A DNA stretch of 64,000 nucleotides from positions 1,024,001 through 1,088,000 of the forward strand of contig OY969927.1 in assembly GCA_963704655.1 (NCBI GenBank). The letters run 5' to 3'. Of the stretch, positions 1-10,435 are shown in pieces. The notes beneath the pieces are model-generated. The model did no database searches. It saw only the letters and a program-made list of their open reading frames with translations, and had not been told where the DNA came from. The translations under genes and the position numbers were made by a program. Numbering within the stretch: position 1 is the stretch's first letter; every line of letters starts with the position of its first letter. Source of the DNA: an uncultured Candidatus Babeliaceae bacterium. GTDB lineage: Bacteria > Babelota > Babeliae > Babelales > Babelaceae.

Positions 1-535
1 TCAGCAAATAGCCTACACCCACTAATATCATAGAAAATTGAAATAAGAATGTATCATCAATCTCTTGTGTAGAAGTTTTTGTTATTTTTGTACATTTATG
101 AAAAACAAATTTTCTATTTTCTTTATTTAACTTAAACCACAAAACTTCTTCAATTGGTTTACTTGATAATGGATTTTTAAAAGGTGTATCTGATTCGATA
201 ACATCTTCAAAAATTGAAGGGTTCCAGCCCCCAATAAGCCAACTGTTAAGAAGTTCGCCATCAAAGACATAGCAAAATTGATTATCACCCATTTTTGTTT
301 GTGTAACACCTATAGTGTACTTATCAGCATTATTTAATCTATCTTTGAATGGTTCAAGCGATAAACTTTCCTTTACACAGGTATCTAAATACATTTTTTC
401 ACTTTTCCACTGACACTGCGGGGCACAAGTAGCTTTCTCATATTCCTTAAACTGTACAGGAAATTCAATCTTAATAAGCTCATTATCAAATGAATAGAGA
501 CTTGTAATAAATAAAAGCGATAAAAAACAAAACAC
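1..535 (-). CDS. Secreted hypothetical protein with U-box/NleG-like motif (partial, runs off window start)
   Basis: Not in ORF track. Read by hand: AGGGG RBS, then GTG at 535, open frame to position 1. MFCFLSLLFITSLYSF signal-like start; ESLSLEPF...CYVFDGELLNSWL...NPLSSKPI. Confidence 0.7.
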   Translation of the reverse strand, partial: MFCFLSLLFITSLYSFDNELIKIEFPVQFKEYEKATCAPQCQWKSEKMYLDTCVKESLSLEPFKDRLNNADKYTIGVTQTKMGDNQFCYVFDGELLNSWLIGGWNPSIFEDVIESDTPFKNPLSSKPIEEVLWFKLNKENRKFVFHKCTKITKTSTQEIDDTFLFQFSMILVGVGYLL

Positions 536-566
536 ATTATCCCCTAATGTTTAACGCATACGCAAA

Positions 567-611
567 AAGAAGCCTTTAATCAACACTAGTTAGTGTAACT
601 AAAGGCTTCTT
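567..611 (-). terminator. Intrinsic terminator downstream of pal
   Basis: Inverted repeat AAGAAGCCTTTA / TAAAGGCTTCTT, T-run on minus strand. Confidence 0.6.
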
Positions 612-650
612 GGTTATCAATACGACGCGTTAATATATATAACGCATAAT

Positions 651-1262
651 TTATGCAGCCGGAGCTATATCTATAGCAATAAACTCGACGCGGCGGTTTG
701 GTGCCTGTTGTTCTTTATTGCCACTCGGCACAACACACATTTCATTTCCACGGCCAACCAAAGTAATCTTTTCTTTTGGGATACCATTTTTTACAAAGTA
801 TTTATACACACACTGGGCACGTTGCTCAGAAAGATGCATATTATACTCAGCAGAACCTGCGAACTTACAAGCATGTCCTTCAATGACTATCTTCTTACCC
901 TGAGCTATCAACTTTTTAGCTCGAGCCAAATTATTCTCCATAGCGCCGGCTTGAGCTGGTTTCATACAATCAGCATCAAATTCAAAGTAAATAGGCATAA
1001 ACCCGTGGCGGGACTGTTCAATCACTATATCGCCTTCAGATTCATCAATGAGAGCAAAACCCTCTTGAGGCCCAAAAGCAGACTCATCTTCATCAATAAC
1101 AAAAGCCTCAAGGTCGCCATCAAAGACAGAAACGGTCTTTTGTGACGTTGTTTGCGCCCCAGAAGCTTTAGCTGGCATAGTAGAAGTTTTCTTTTTACAA
1201 GCAGGAGCAATAATAACCCCTAATAAAAGACATACTATAAATTTTAATCTTAATTTGTGCAT
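651..1262 (-). CDS. pal: OmpA-family peptidoglycan-associated lipoprotein (Pal-like)
   Basis: Lipobox IAPAC; OmpA-C motifs IYFEFD, IEGHA, YNMHLSEQRA, NRRVEF. Confidence 0.8.
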   Translation of the reverse strand: MHKLRLKFIVCLLLGVIIAPACKKKTSTMPAKASGAQTTSQKTVSVFDGDLEAFVIDEDESAFGPQEGFALIDESEGDIVIEQSRHGFMPIYFEFDADCMKPAQAGAMENNLARAKKLIAQGKKIVIEGHACKFAGSAEYNMHLSEQRAQCVYKYFVKNGIPKEKITLVGRGNEMCVVPSGNKEQQAPNRRVEFIAIDIAPAA

Positions 1263-1416
1263 AAAAAGGCTCCTTAATTTAAAAAAATGCTACGTTGTGA
1301 GACTTTATCATATTTTTTTTTGCTTTTCTACTTATTCTTTTATGCATAGGATAGTATACTGAAAGTAAAAGAATTTATTGACTGTCCTTTTGACGGTTAT
1401 TTATGGATATATACTT

Positions 1417-2949
1417 ATGAAAAAAATCTTAATAAATGATTCGCTATGGCAAAAACGTATTGCCATAACACGCGAAGAACTTCTCCAGAACGTCTATTTT
1501 GACACTCTTACGAGCAATAACCTCGAGCGTTGTTACTTTAAAGGTACCATAACTCGTGTATTGCCCGGCATACAGACTGCTTTCGTTGATATAGGCCAAG
1601 AACGTGCCGGCTTTCTGCATATCTCTGAGATCGACCGCGAATTAGCCATAAAAAGGCTTGGTAGTCCAGAAACGGACCAGGGCCAAGAAAATCTTGACGA
1701 AATAGACGAAACAACTTCTGCTTATTCAGCCGAGTCACTTTCACAACCTATTAGCATCGATAAGATATTTCATGAGGGTGAAACAGTTCTTGTTCAGGTT
1801 ATCAAGGAACCAATCAATGAAAAAGGGGCAAAACTATCTACCTGCTTTACGCTGCCAGGACGCTTTATTGTTTTAATGCCAAACATCCCACGCATCGGCA
1901 TTTCAAAAAAAATCGAAGAGCGAGAAGAGCGCCAGCGCCTTAAAGAACTTCTTTTAAGTAACCTTCCTCAAGGCATGGGCGCTATTATTCGAACAACTTC
2001 CGAGGGCCAAGCATCTACTGATATCATACAAGATCTCAATTATTTAGTTCAGACCTGGCATCAATTGTATGACCGTTATCAAAAAGCGCAGCCGGGACAA
2101 AAGGTATACGAAGATATCGAAATGGGCCTACAGATTGTTCGCGATCATCTTGATAAAGATGTTGAAGCGATTATTTGTGACAATAAGCAAACCCAAGCCG
2201 CTGTTTATAAATTCGTACGTAACAGTGCACCCGAGTTTGCTAATATCGTAAAACTTTATGAAGGGGAGATGCCTCTTTTTAAATATTTTAATATCGAAGC
2301 TCAAATTGAAGCGGCTCTAGAGACAAAGGTTTCACTTGATTCTGGTGGTTCTATCATTATAGAAAGCACTGAGGCAATGACGGTTATCGACGTTAATAGT
2401 GGTCGCTATACTGGTAAAACGAGCCTTGAAGAGACGATTTTAAAGATCAACCTTGAAGCTGCTGCAGAAGTCGTGCGCCAATTACGCTTGCGTAATATTG
2501 GTGGTCTTATTGTTATCGATTTTATCGATATGGCAGCGCACCAGAACCGCCAGCGCTTATTTAAGTTCTTAGAAAAGACTCTTAAAGAACGTGATAAGTT
2601 CCAGTCTGTTGTCTTACGCGTGTCTGAGTTTGGTTTGGTTCAAATGACCAGAAAACGCTCGGGGAAAACCCTTGCGCAACAGCTCATGCGGACATGTAGC
2701 GAATGTCATGGTCTTGGCATGGTTAAATCACTTGAGACAGAAAGTTATGCGATATTGCGCCATATTAAAGAAGAGCTGCAATTCAAGCGCCTTTCTGGAT
2801 TAATCACCCTTTCTGTGCATACACAGGTGTTTAACTACTTAGTGAGCCACCAGTATAATGCACTATTAGCACTCGAAAAAGAATTTAATTGCAAAATCAC
2901 TTTAGCTACGGCAGAACATGCTGAACATAAAACATTTACAGTTTCATAA
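1417..2949 (+). CDS. rng: Rne/Rng family ribonuclease (RNase G-sized)
   Basis: S1 domain AFVDIG..GFLH, IDVNSG, LRLRNIGGLIVIDFIDM, CxxC zinc link; ATG at 1417 preferred over TTG 1378. Confidence 0.9.
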   Translation: MKKILINDSLWQKRIAITREELLQNVYFDTLTSNNLERCYFKGTITRVLPGIQTAFVDIGQERAGFLHISEIDRELAIKRLGSPETDQGQENLDEIDETTSAYSAESLSQPISIDKIFHEGETVLVQVIKEPINEKGAKLSTCFTLPGRFIVLMPNIPRIGISKKIEEREERQRLKELLLSNLPQGMGAIIRTTSEGQASTDIIQDLNYLVQTWHQLYDRYQKAQPGQKVYEDIEMGLQIVRDHLDKDVEAIICDNKQTQAAVYKFVRNSAPEFANIVKLYEGEMPLFKYFNIEAQIEAALETKVSLDSGGSIIIESTEAMTVIDVNSGRYTGKTSLEETILKINLEAAAEVVRQLRLRNIGGLIVIDFIDMAAHQNRQRLFKFLEKTLKERDKFQSVVLRVSEFGLVQMTRKRSGKTLAQQLMRTCSECHGLGMVKSLETESYAILRHIKEELQFKRLSGLITLSVHTQVFNYLVSHQYNALLALEKEFNCKITLATAEHAEHKTFTVS

Positions 2950-2966
2950 GTAAAAAAATAAACAAC

Positions 2967-2999
2967 AAAAAAAGGGTGTCTTTTCGACACCCTTTTTTT
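2967..2999. terminator. Bidirectional intrinsic terminator
   Basis: AAAAAAAGGGTGTC-TTTTC-GACACCCTTTTTTT between convergent genes. Confidence 0.9.
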
Positions 3000-3014
3000 A
3001 TCTAAATTTAAATA

Positions 3015-4316
3015 TTAAGCGTGGGATATTTTGTATGCCTGCGCGTCGACAAGAAGCTCAACAACAAGCCTTTGCAGATTTTCTGCAAATCGTGGTTTTT
3101 CAAAGTCTTTTAGATTTTGTTTGCACTTTTCGTAAAAATCACGATCAAAAAGATATTTTTCTAAAAGTTTATCCAAGCCACGAAGACTTGTAACGCCCTG
3201 TCCAAAACCATGCTGAGTAATAAAATCTATATTAAGCGCTTCCCAACTCAACACACGTGATGTGCTGTCTAAAAGCAACGGAACCTGTGCATGTACTGCT
3301 TCCATAACGCTAACCGTGCCACATTTTGTTATTAGAATATCTGACATAGCCATAATGTCTGGCATTTTATCAGTAAAACCAATAATGGACATAGTAATAT
3401 GATACGGTAATTTAATTCTTTCTATCTTTTTGCGTAACGCCTCATTGCGGCCCAGACAGACAATAATATGCAATGCGTGCTTGCTATGAGAAAGCGTTTT
3501 AACATAATCATACGTCGAAGATGAACCGGCGGCGCCCATTAATACTGTAACCACAGGTTTGGTAAGCGGCACACCAAAGTCATTTTTAAGTTTTTTCACA
3601 TTTTTCTTGCTAAAAAATTCCTGTCTTATCGGAAAACCACCAACAACAATTCTTTCTTCAGGAATTCCTGCGGGCTTTAAAGTCTTGATAAGATCGTTGT
3701 CATTAAAAGGTACTATATATCGATACAACTCATATTCCGTAGGACTATTATTAAGACCCGTTATAAACATAGTATGATCTAAATCTGTGGGGATTATAAT
3801 AAGAGGTATCCCTCTTTTTTTTGCAACAGCTAAAAGTGAGTTATTTACGGTTGGCATTACTGAAATCATAAGATCTGGTGGATTAAGATCAAGAAAATCA
3901 GAAATGAGCTTCTGCATTTTTTTGTCTTGAAGGGGCATATTATGCCTACCATAGGCACAAAGGGTATTAGTAAACCAAACATATTTATTGGTAATAAGAT
4001 AATTATAAAGATCTTCTGCTGACGAATACTCAAAGGTAGCTTGTTTAACAAAATCTAAAGGGGCAAGAACATCTCGAAGCATGTATACATCAGCAATTTC
4101 ATAACTATCTTGCAAGATAGTACGCACAGCACGAGCTGCAGATACATGGCCTCCGCCACCACAGCTAGTAAAAGTTATAATTCTTTTTTTAGCTATCTTC
4201 ACCTGCTTTTCCTCAGGAAAAACACGTTTAGCATAAGGTTTTGGGCGCTTACATCCAGTGAATAGACCCAACACAAGAATAATTGACAGGTAGAGTTTTT
4301 TATTAAAGATATCCAT
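3015..4316 (-). CDS. GT28 glycosyltransferase, MGDG synthase/UgtP-like
   Basis: GGGHVSAA, PTD, GFPIR, LMGAAG, CLGRN, GFTDKM..M..SDILITKCG..S motifs; start Met 4316 precedes a hydrophobic segment ending LFTGC. Confidence 0.8.
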   Translation of the reverse strand: MDIFNKKLYLSIILVLGLFTGCKRPKPYAKRVFPEEKQVKIAKKRIITFTSCGGGGHVSAARAVRTILQDSYEIADVYMLRDVLAPLDFVKQATFEYSSAEDLYNYLITNKYVWFTNTLCAYGRHNMPLQDKKMQKLISDFLDLNPPDLMISVMPTVNNSLLAVAKKRGIPLIIIPTDLDHTMFITGLNNSPTEYELYRYIVPFNDNDLIKTLKPAGIPEERIVVGGFPIRQEFFSKKNVKKLKNDFGVPLTKPVVTVLMGAAGSSSTYDYVKTLSHSKHALHIIVCLGRNEALRKKIERIKLPYHITMSIIGFTDKMPDIMAMSDILITKCGTVSVMEAVHAQVPLLLDSTSRVLSWEALNIDFITQHGFGQGVTSLRGLDKLLEKYLFDRDFYEKCKQNLKDFEKPRFAENLQRLVVELLVDAQAYKISHA

Positions 4317-4451
4317 ATAAAATAGAGTATACCGCGGCAACTTAGTTTTGACAAATCCCCCCATTTTTTAAAAAAAGCTAGCTGATTGTCAAATACGCCA
4401 GATGTGAGATAATTATCTACAAAGTAACTTATTATCCCGCAAAGGCATTAC

Positions 4452-5900
4452 ATGGCAGAAAAAGAAAATCTTTTAAAGTCGGGCTACGAAACCGTAATTG
4501 GTATCGAGGTCCATGTTCAATTAACCACTCAAAGCAAGATCTTCTGCCAATGCCCGAATATTGTAAGTCACGAACAAAATTCAACAATATGCCAAATTTG
4601 CGCTGGTCACCCTGGCGTTCTTCCAGTACTTAATAAAGAAGTACCCCACAGGGCGATTATGGTTGGCCTTGCAACAAACTGTGCGATCACTCAAGACAAC
4701 TTTTTCGCACGTAAGCATTACTTTTATCCGGATTTGCCAAAAGCGTACCAAATAACCCAAAGCACTGAACCAATTTGCAAAAATGGTTATTTAGAAATTC
4801 CCTTAGAAGATGGCACGTTTAAAAAAATTAGAATTAATCGTATTCATATGGAAGAGGATGCCGGCAAAAACCTGCATAGCACATTAACCAACGAAAGTTA
4901 TGTTGATTTAAATCGTGCAGGAACACCTCTTTTAGAAATTGTTACCGAACCAGACATATCAAGTCCCTATGAAGCACGCATGTACCTAAAAATGCTGCGC
5001 AATATTGTTATGTACCTCAATGTGGGTACTGCCAATATGGAAGAAGGGGCATTCAGAGCCGATACTAATATCTCAGTACGTAAACCTGGTGCGCCACTTG
5101 GCACTAAATGTGAGCTAAAAAATATTAACTCTTTCAAGTTTATTAGCGATGCTATTGAATATGAAGTTGAACGCCAAATTACAATCATAGAAGATGGCGG
5201 CAAAATCATTCAAGAAACGCGCCTCTGGGACACCAAAGAACAAAAAACTGTTCCTATGCGTGGCAAAGAAGAAGCGGCAGATTATCGCTATTTCCCGGAC
5301 CCAGATATCCCAGCATTACATATTGATAATGGCTGGATAACAAAAGTAAAAGCAGAATTGCCTGAATTGCCAAATCAACGATATCAACGCTATCTTGATC
5401 TTGGTTTAACACCTTATGAAGCAGACGTTTTAATTAACGATATTGAGGTTGCTGATTATTACGACAAAACTATCACATTCACTAAAAGTCCGTTACTTAT
5501 AAATTGGATATTACGTGAATTGATGGCGTTTATAAAAGAAGAAAAAGTCTCGCTTGCTGAATGCAAGATGACACCACAGCTACTTGCTGAGCTTATTACT
5601 CTACTTGATAACAAAGTAATTAATACGCGTGCCGCACAAGAAGTCTTTGAAGTGGTTGCAAAGACTGGCAATTCGCCGCAAGCTATTGTTAAAGAACGTG
5701 GTCTTGAACAAATGGGCTCATCTGAAGAACTTGAAAAGATTATCAAAGAAATTATCGACGCAAATCCGCATAATGTTGCCGAATACAAATCTGGCAAAAC
5801 AAAATTATGGGGATTCTTCGTTGGTCAGGCGATGCAGAAAACCAAAGGTAACGGCAACCCGCAAATTATTAACGACCTTCTTAAAAAATATCTTTCGTAA
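4452..5900 (+). CDS. gatB: Asp-tRNA(Asn)/Glu-tRNA(Gln) amidotransferase subunit B
   Basis: IGIEVHVQL, YFYPDLPK, HMEEDAGK, DLNRAGTPLLEIVTEP, DYRYFPDPD, C-terminal YqeY-like domain. Confidence 0.98.
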   Translation: MAEKENLLKSGYETVIGIEVHVQLTTQSKIFCQCPNIVSHEQNSTICQICAGHPGVLPVLNKEVPHRAIMVGLATNCAITQDNFFARKHYFYPDLPKAYQITQSTEPICKNGYLEIPLEDGTFKKIRINRIHMEEDAGKNLHSTLTNESYVDLNRAGTPLLEIVTEPDISSPYEARMYLKMLRNIVMYLNVGTANMEEGAFRADTNISVRKPGAPLGTKCELKNINSFKFISDAIEYEVERQITIIEDGGKIIQETRLWDTKEQKTVPMRGKEEAADYRYFPDPDIPALHIDNGWITKVKAELPELPNQRYQRYLDLGLTPYEADVLINDIEVADYYDKTITFTKSPLLINWILRELMAFIKEEKVSLAECKMTPQLLAELITLLDNKVINTRAAQEVFEVVAKTGNSPQAIVKERGLEQMGSSEELEKIIKEIIDANPHNVAEYKSGKTKLWGFFVGQAMQKTKGNGNPQIINDLLKKYLS

Positions 5901-5918
5901 TACACATACTTATAAAAT

Positions 5919-5967
5919 TAATAAAAAAAATAGAGAGCAAAAAAATTGCTCTCTATTTTTTTTATTA
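5919..5967. terminator. Bidirectional intrinsic terminator between gatB and aspS
   Basis: 22-bp inverted repeat TAATAAAAAAAATAGAGAGCAA / TTGCTCTCTATTTTTTTTATTA. Confidence 0.9.
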
Positions 5968-5988
5968 TTAACGTTGCTTAAAAAATAA

Positions 5989-7767
5989 TTACGCCGTTTT
6001 TTTAGGTACAGGTATTTTTTTCAAACCATAATCTGCAAGTTTAGTGTCTTCTACCGGAGTAGGCGCATGCATCATAGGATCAGTAGCACTTTGTGTTTTT
6101 GGAAATGCTATTACTTCACGAATCGATTCTAAGTTTAATAAAAGCATAACTAAACGATCGATACCGAGCGCAATGCCACCATGTGGCGGGAAGCCAAGCT
6201 CTTGTGCTTCAAGCAAGAAACCAAAATGTTGCTTCATAGACCCTTCATGAAAACCTAGATAATTAAATATCTTTTGTTGCAATTCTGGAGTATGAATTCG
6301 AATAGATCCGCCACCAAGTTCGACACCATTAAGAACAATGTCATAAGCGCGTGCACGCATGTGCGCAGGCTCTTGTGATTCCCAACCCGCTTGCGGACTA
6401 GTAAATGGATGATGAACCGATGTCCATGATTTTGAATCTTTGTCATAATCAAGCAATGGAAAATTAACAACCCAATGTAAATTGAGCTTGCCTTCTGGAA
6501 TAAGTTTCAAAGCCGCACCAAGTTGTAAGCGTAATCTGCCCAACTGTGTCCATGCATCTTTATAAGGTCCGGCAACTAAAAAGACCGTACTGCCTGGTTT
6601 AAGATCAGGAATAATAGTTTTTAACTGTTTCATAAAATCGGCGGGTAAAAATTTAGCAATAGGTGCTTCAATGGTACCTTCGTGCGTAAAGCGTATCCAA
6701 ACGAGACCTTTTGCACCATTTTTAAGCGCACGGTTTACCCATGATTCAAGTTCCGATCGAGTGAAAGCGTAATCTTGAATATGTAAGGCACCAACTTTTC
6801 CATCTGCTTGAATAATAGATTTAATAAATGAAAGCTGTGTTTCTTTAAAAAGTTCAGTAACCTCATGAATCTTCATGCCAAAGCGAAGATCAGGCTTATC
6901 TGAACCATAATCACGCATAGCTTCGTCATAATCCATGCGCATTAACGGCAACTGAACATTAACATTAAACTGTGTTTTTAAAATATGGGCAAGTAAACCT
7001 TCTATAAGAGTTTGGATATCTGCTTCATTAATAAATGACATTTCAATATCAAGCTGTGTAAACTCTGGTTGACGGTCCGCACGCAAGTCTTCATCTCTAA
7101 AACAACGAGCGATTTGAAAATAACGTTCCATGCCACCGGCCATTAAAAGCTGTTTGTAAACTTGTGGCGACTGCGGTAACGCATAAAAACTACCCGTATG
7201 AATTCTAGATGGCACCAAGAACTCGCGGGCACCTTCTGCAGTATTTTTTGTTAAAATAGGGGTTTCAATTTCATAAAAGCCCTGCTTATCAAGAAAATCA
7301 CGCATAGCCAAAATAATCTTATGACGTATCTTAAGACGCTCATGTACTTCCGGTCTTCTTAGATCTAAGTAACGATATTCTAAACGTAGCTCTTCATCAA
7401 CGTTTTTTGCGTCTTCAAGATTAAAAGGTAATGTTTTAGATTTATTTAAAATCAGTAATTCAGTACCCTGCAGTTCAAATTCACCCGTAGAAAGCTCTTT
7501 ATTAACCGTTTCTTGCGAGCGATGAACTACCCTTCCCGTTACCTGTAAGACATATTCAGAGCGAACGTCATGGGCTATTTTGCGCGCATCTGCTGAAAAT
7601 TCTTGGCTAAAAACGATTTGCATAAGCCCGGTACGGTCACGAAGATCAATAAAGATCACGTTTCCATGATCGCGTCGACGATTAACCCAACCGCATAGTG
7701 TAATTGTTTTATCTAAAAATGAGCCTTCAACCTGCCCACAACCTGTAGATCTTTTAAAAAATTCCAT
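5989..7767 (-). CDS. aspS: Aspartate--tRNA ligase (probably non-discriminating)
   Basis: RRRDHG..FIDLRD, ALPQSPQ, FRDEDLRADRQPEFTQLD, GAD insert, PPHGGIALGIDR. Confidence 0.98.
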   Translation of the reverse strand: MEFFKRSTGCGQVEGSFLDKTITLCGWVNRRRDHGNVIFIDLRDRTGLMQIVFSQEFSADARKIAHDVRSEYVLQVTGRVVHRSQETVNKELSTGEFELQGTELLILNKSKTLPFNLEDAKNVDEELRLEYRYLDLRRPEVHERLKIRHKIILAMRDFLDKQGFYEIETPILTKNTAEGAREFLVPSRIHTGSFYALPQSPQVYKQLLMAGGMERYFQIARCFRDEDLRADRQPEFTQLDIEMSFINEADIQTLIEGLLAHILKTQFNVNVQLPLMRMDYDEAMRDYGSDKPDLRFGMKIHEVTELFKETQLSFIKSIIQADGKVGALHIQDYAFTRSELESWVNRALKNGAKGLVWIRFTHEGTIEAPIAKFLPADFMKQLKTIIPDLKPGSTVFLVAGPYKDAWTQLGRLRLQLGAALKLIPEGKLNLHWVVNFPLLDYDKDSKSWTSVHHPFTSPQAGWESQEPAHMRARAYDIVLNGVELGGGSIRIHTPELQQKIFNYLGFHEGSMKQHFGFLLEAQELGFPPHGGIALGIDRLVMLLLNLESIREVIAFPKTQSATDPMMHAPTPVEDTKLADYGLKKIPVPKKTA

Positions 7768-7841
7768 AATTTACAACCATTTTATAAATAAAAAGTATCT
7801 TTTTTATTGTATCATAGCTATAAAATTACGCACGCAAAGAT

Positions 7842-7870
7842 AAAAAAGAGGCAAACTTTGCCTCTTTTTT
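7842..7870 (-). terminator. Intrinsic terminator
   Basis: AAAAAAGAGGCAAA-C-TTTGCCTCTTTTTT inverted repeat downstream of the DUF1328 gene. Confidence 0.75.
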
Positions 7871-7889
7871 TAGAAAATTAGAAAATTTA

Positions 7890-8081
7890 TTAAAATATTA
7901 CAATTGGCCCAAAAATGCCTGGGAAAAAGACCCCTGTCAGAATAGCTAAAAGAAAGAGGGCCACAAAGATAAAAAATAGGGTTTTGGAGATTTCAACAGC
8001 ACCATTTTTAATGCCAGAAAATCCAAATAAGCCTGCAACAACAGCGATAATTAAAAAAGCCGCAGCCCAATATAACAACAT
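7890..8081 (-). CDS. DUF1328 (UPF0391/YtjA-like) small membrane protein
   Basis: [29 protein letters not shown] pattern; GGAG RBS. Confidence 0.9.
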   Translation of the reverse strand: MLLYWAAAFLIIAVVAGLFGFSGIKNGAVEISKTLFFIFVALFLLAILTGVFFPGIFGPIVIF

Positions 8082-8090
8082 AATATCTCC

Positions 8091-8852
8091 TTAGTTTTGT
8101 TGTTTAGCTTCAATATACAATTTATTAATACCGATAATCACAATCATAGAACCCATGACGCAAAAAAGAAATAGTCCAAAAAATATCGTAATAGCAAGTG
8201 CTGAAAAAACCAATGATGCCCCAGGAAATGGTATTAAAAATGCAGCCAAGGCTAATGACAGCAATGCTGCAAACAACAAACCAATCACCATAAGAAAAAT
8301 TAAAATAAAAAAACGCATCATAACCCAAAATGTTTTTTTTAAATAATTCCAGGACAATGAAAAAACTTCAGTTAATGAGGTATATCCATCGGCCAAAAGT
8401 TGGGGGACATAACAAAATGCAATAAATGTGACAAGCCATAAAGGCGAATTACTCACAAAGGCGCATAGCAAATAAACAGGAACTACCCACAAAATAGAAC
8501 TACATATCGTTAATGCGCGTTTTAGTGAATCGCCTACAGTAGCTTGAGAACCTTTTAGAAGATCCTGAATATAAACAGTAAGCCCAAGCGACACCACAAC
8601 AACTGCAAATGAAAAAAGAACCATTAAACAGATGGCAAAAAATGAACCGAAGACTACCCCAAAAACGGTACTTACTATCGTTGGTAAGCTAAAGGTAACA
8701 AGCGATAACGTTCCAACACTAATAGCCAAAAGAAGAACACCTATTATAGCGACTATTACCGGCAAAAAATAAATAAATCCATAAAAAAACAAAAGAGGAT
8801 TATTTATTAAAAAATTAAAACTGTCACTTAAAAGCTTACGTGCACCAATCAT
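8091..8852 (-). CDS. Polytopic membrane protein, unknown function
   Basis: 253 aa, several hydrophobic segments, GAGGGG RBS. Confidence 0.75.
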   Translation of the reverse strand: MIGARKLLSDSFNFLINNPLLFFYGFIYFLPVIVAIIGVLLLAISVGTLSLVTFSLPTIVSTVFGVVFGSFFAICLMVLFSFAVVVVSLGLTVYIQDLLKGSQATVGDSLKRALTICSSILWVVPVYLLCAFVSNSPLWLVTFIAFCYVPQLLADGYTSLTEVFSLSWNYLKKTFWVMMRFFILIFLMVIGLLFAALLSLALAAFLIPFPGASLVFSALAITIFFGLFLFCVMGSMIVIIGINKLYIEAKQQN

Positions 8853-8934
8853 AACCTACCCCTCTTTTAACTTGTTTTCTTTAAGACTAGTATAATATAC
8901 TATTTGTAACAAAGAAAGAGTTTGTGAGGAAATT

Positions 8935-10428
8935 ATGAAATACAAGAAAATTTATTTAACAGCACTACTATTTTTTAGTGTAGTAATTATTTCTCAAGAA
9001 CAAGATTTCAATTCAAAAAAGATCGGTTTGTCACTATTAAACCTGCCAGCCGTTACCTCTGAAAATATTATTCAAACAACACAGTTTCGAAAATCCCGTC
9101 CAGATAATGAATCATTTGATACTGAATCGCCAGATGCTGGATCTGTAGAATCTTGGCATAATTCAACACAAACACGTAAGCCATTAGACATAGATACACC
9201 ACGTACATCATATAAAAATTTCTCTTTATATCTGGATGAATTTATACATAAACAAAAAGGGTTTCTTAATGCAACAGCTTGGATTAATACAAAAGTAGAT
9301 ACAGAAGACCCTCGCCTAAAAAATAGCTTCATACCTGATTATATACGTCCTTGTATTTTAAAATTCGAAACGCGGCCAGATTCACATATTTTTCTATGGG
9401 GAGATTTACATGGCGATGTTAAAACACTCAGCTCTTGCCTGTATAAATTGTATCAAGACAAGATTATTGATAATAATTTTACTATTCTTAAATCAAACTG
9501 CTATTTCTTCTTTTTAGGAGATATGGTAGATCGCGGGCAACATGGAATCGATACACTTGCGTTGCTTTTTATCTTTGCAACTAAAAATCCAGGCAAAGTA
9601 TTTCTTATTCGTGGCAATCATGAAGATTTAACACTTAATAAACAAGAATATTATGAAAATAATCAAGTCTTAACCCATTTTTACAAGCAGCTCAAAATAT
9701 TTTCTACTTTCAATCTTAAAGGTGAACAAGAATTTAATACATTAATTAACAATTTAGTACTTTTTTATAACTTATTACCTGTAGCAGCTTTTGTTGGTTG
9801 CAATAACAATTATGTTCAATGTTGCCATGGTGGTCTTGAATATCGATATAACCCAGAAAAATTATTAAATAATTCACATTATACAGCACTTGAAGCTATT
9901 ACCTCGTTACCCTTACCTGCAGAGTTAAAAAAACAAGAATACTGGGATTCACTTAAGGTAGACTCTGTTTCATGTTTTGGTCAGATTAGAGACATTAAAC
10001 CTAATAATATTAAAACATTTGACCTGGGTTTTTTATGGAACGATTTTAATGCTAAAAACACCTATGATACCTATTGTCGACCAGAACGTGGCATCATGAT
10101 GGGCAAATTATTTGCAGAAAAAATATTTGAATCCTATAGCAAAAAAAATGCGCAAATCAAAGGAATTATCCGCGCACATCAACACAACCCTTCTATGCCT
10201 GGTATTCTTAACCCTCAAAATACGGGCATATTTAGTTTATGGAACAACCAGGTATTTACGACTATTGCAACAAGTATGTTTATCGGCTCTATGACATTTA
10301 TTGAACTTATTACTCAAAATGATTTTAGTAAATGGATGATGAAAAATTATAATCTCGGTTCAGAAGATAGCGATTGGATAGAAAGAGAGAATACTTTAAG
10401 TAATTGGCAAAATATCGTGATAGAATAA
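8935..10428 (+). CDS. Secreted PPP-family Ser/Thr phosphatase (calcineurin-like metallophosphoesterase), paralog 1
   Basis: Signal peptide; GDLHG, GDMVDRG, RGNHE, CCHGG, LWND, RAHQH. Confidence 0.88.
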   Translation: MKYKKIYLTALLFFSVVIISQEQDFNSKKIGLSLLNLPAVTSENIIQTTQFRKSRPDNESFDTESPDAGSVESWHNSTQTRKPLDIDTPRTSYKNFSLYLDEFIHKQKGFLNATAWINTKVDTEDPRLKNSFIPDYIRPCILKFETRPDSHIFLWGDLHGDVKTLSSCLYKLYQDKIIDNNFTILKSNCYFFFLGDMVDRGQHGIDTLALLFIFATKNPGKVFLIRGNHEDLTLNKQEYYENNQVLTHFYKQLKIFSTFNLKGEQEFNTLINNLVLFYNLLPVAAFVGCNNNYVQCCHGGLEYRYNPEKLLNNSHYTALEAITSLPLPAELKKQEYWDSLKVDSVSCFGQIRDIKPNNIKTFDLGFLWNDFNAKNTYDTYCRPERGIMMGKLFAEKIFESYSKKNAQIKGIIRAHQHNPSMPGILNPQNTGIFSLWNNQVFTTIATSMFIGSMTFIELITQNDFSKWMMKNYNLGSEDSDWIERENTLSNWQNIVIE

Positions 10429-10435
10429 TAATCGT

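Noticed and set aside
127-309. 60-aa ORF from the track
   Set aside because: Out-of-frame inside the longer RBS-bearing ORF 535..<1.
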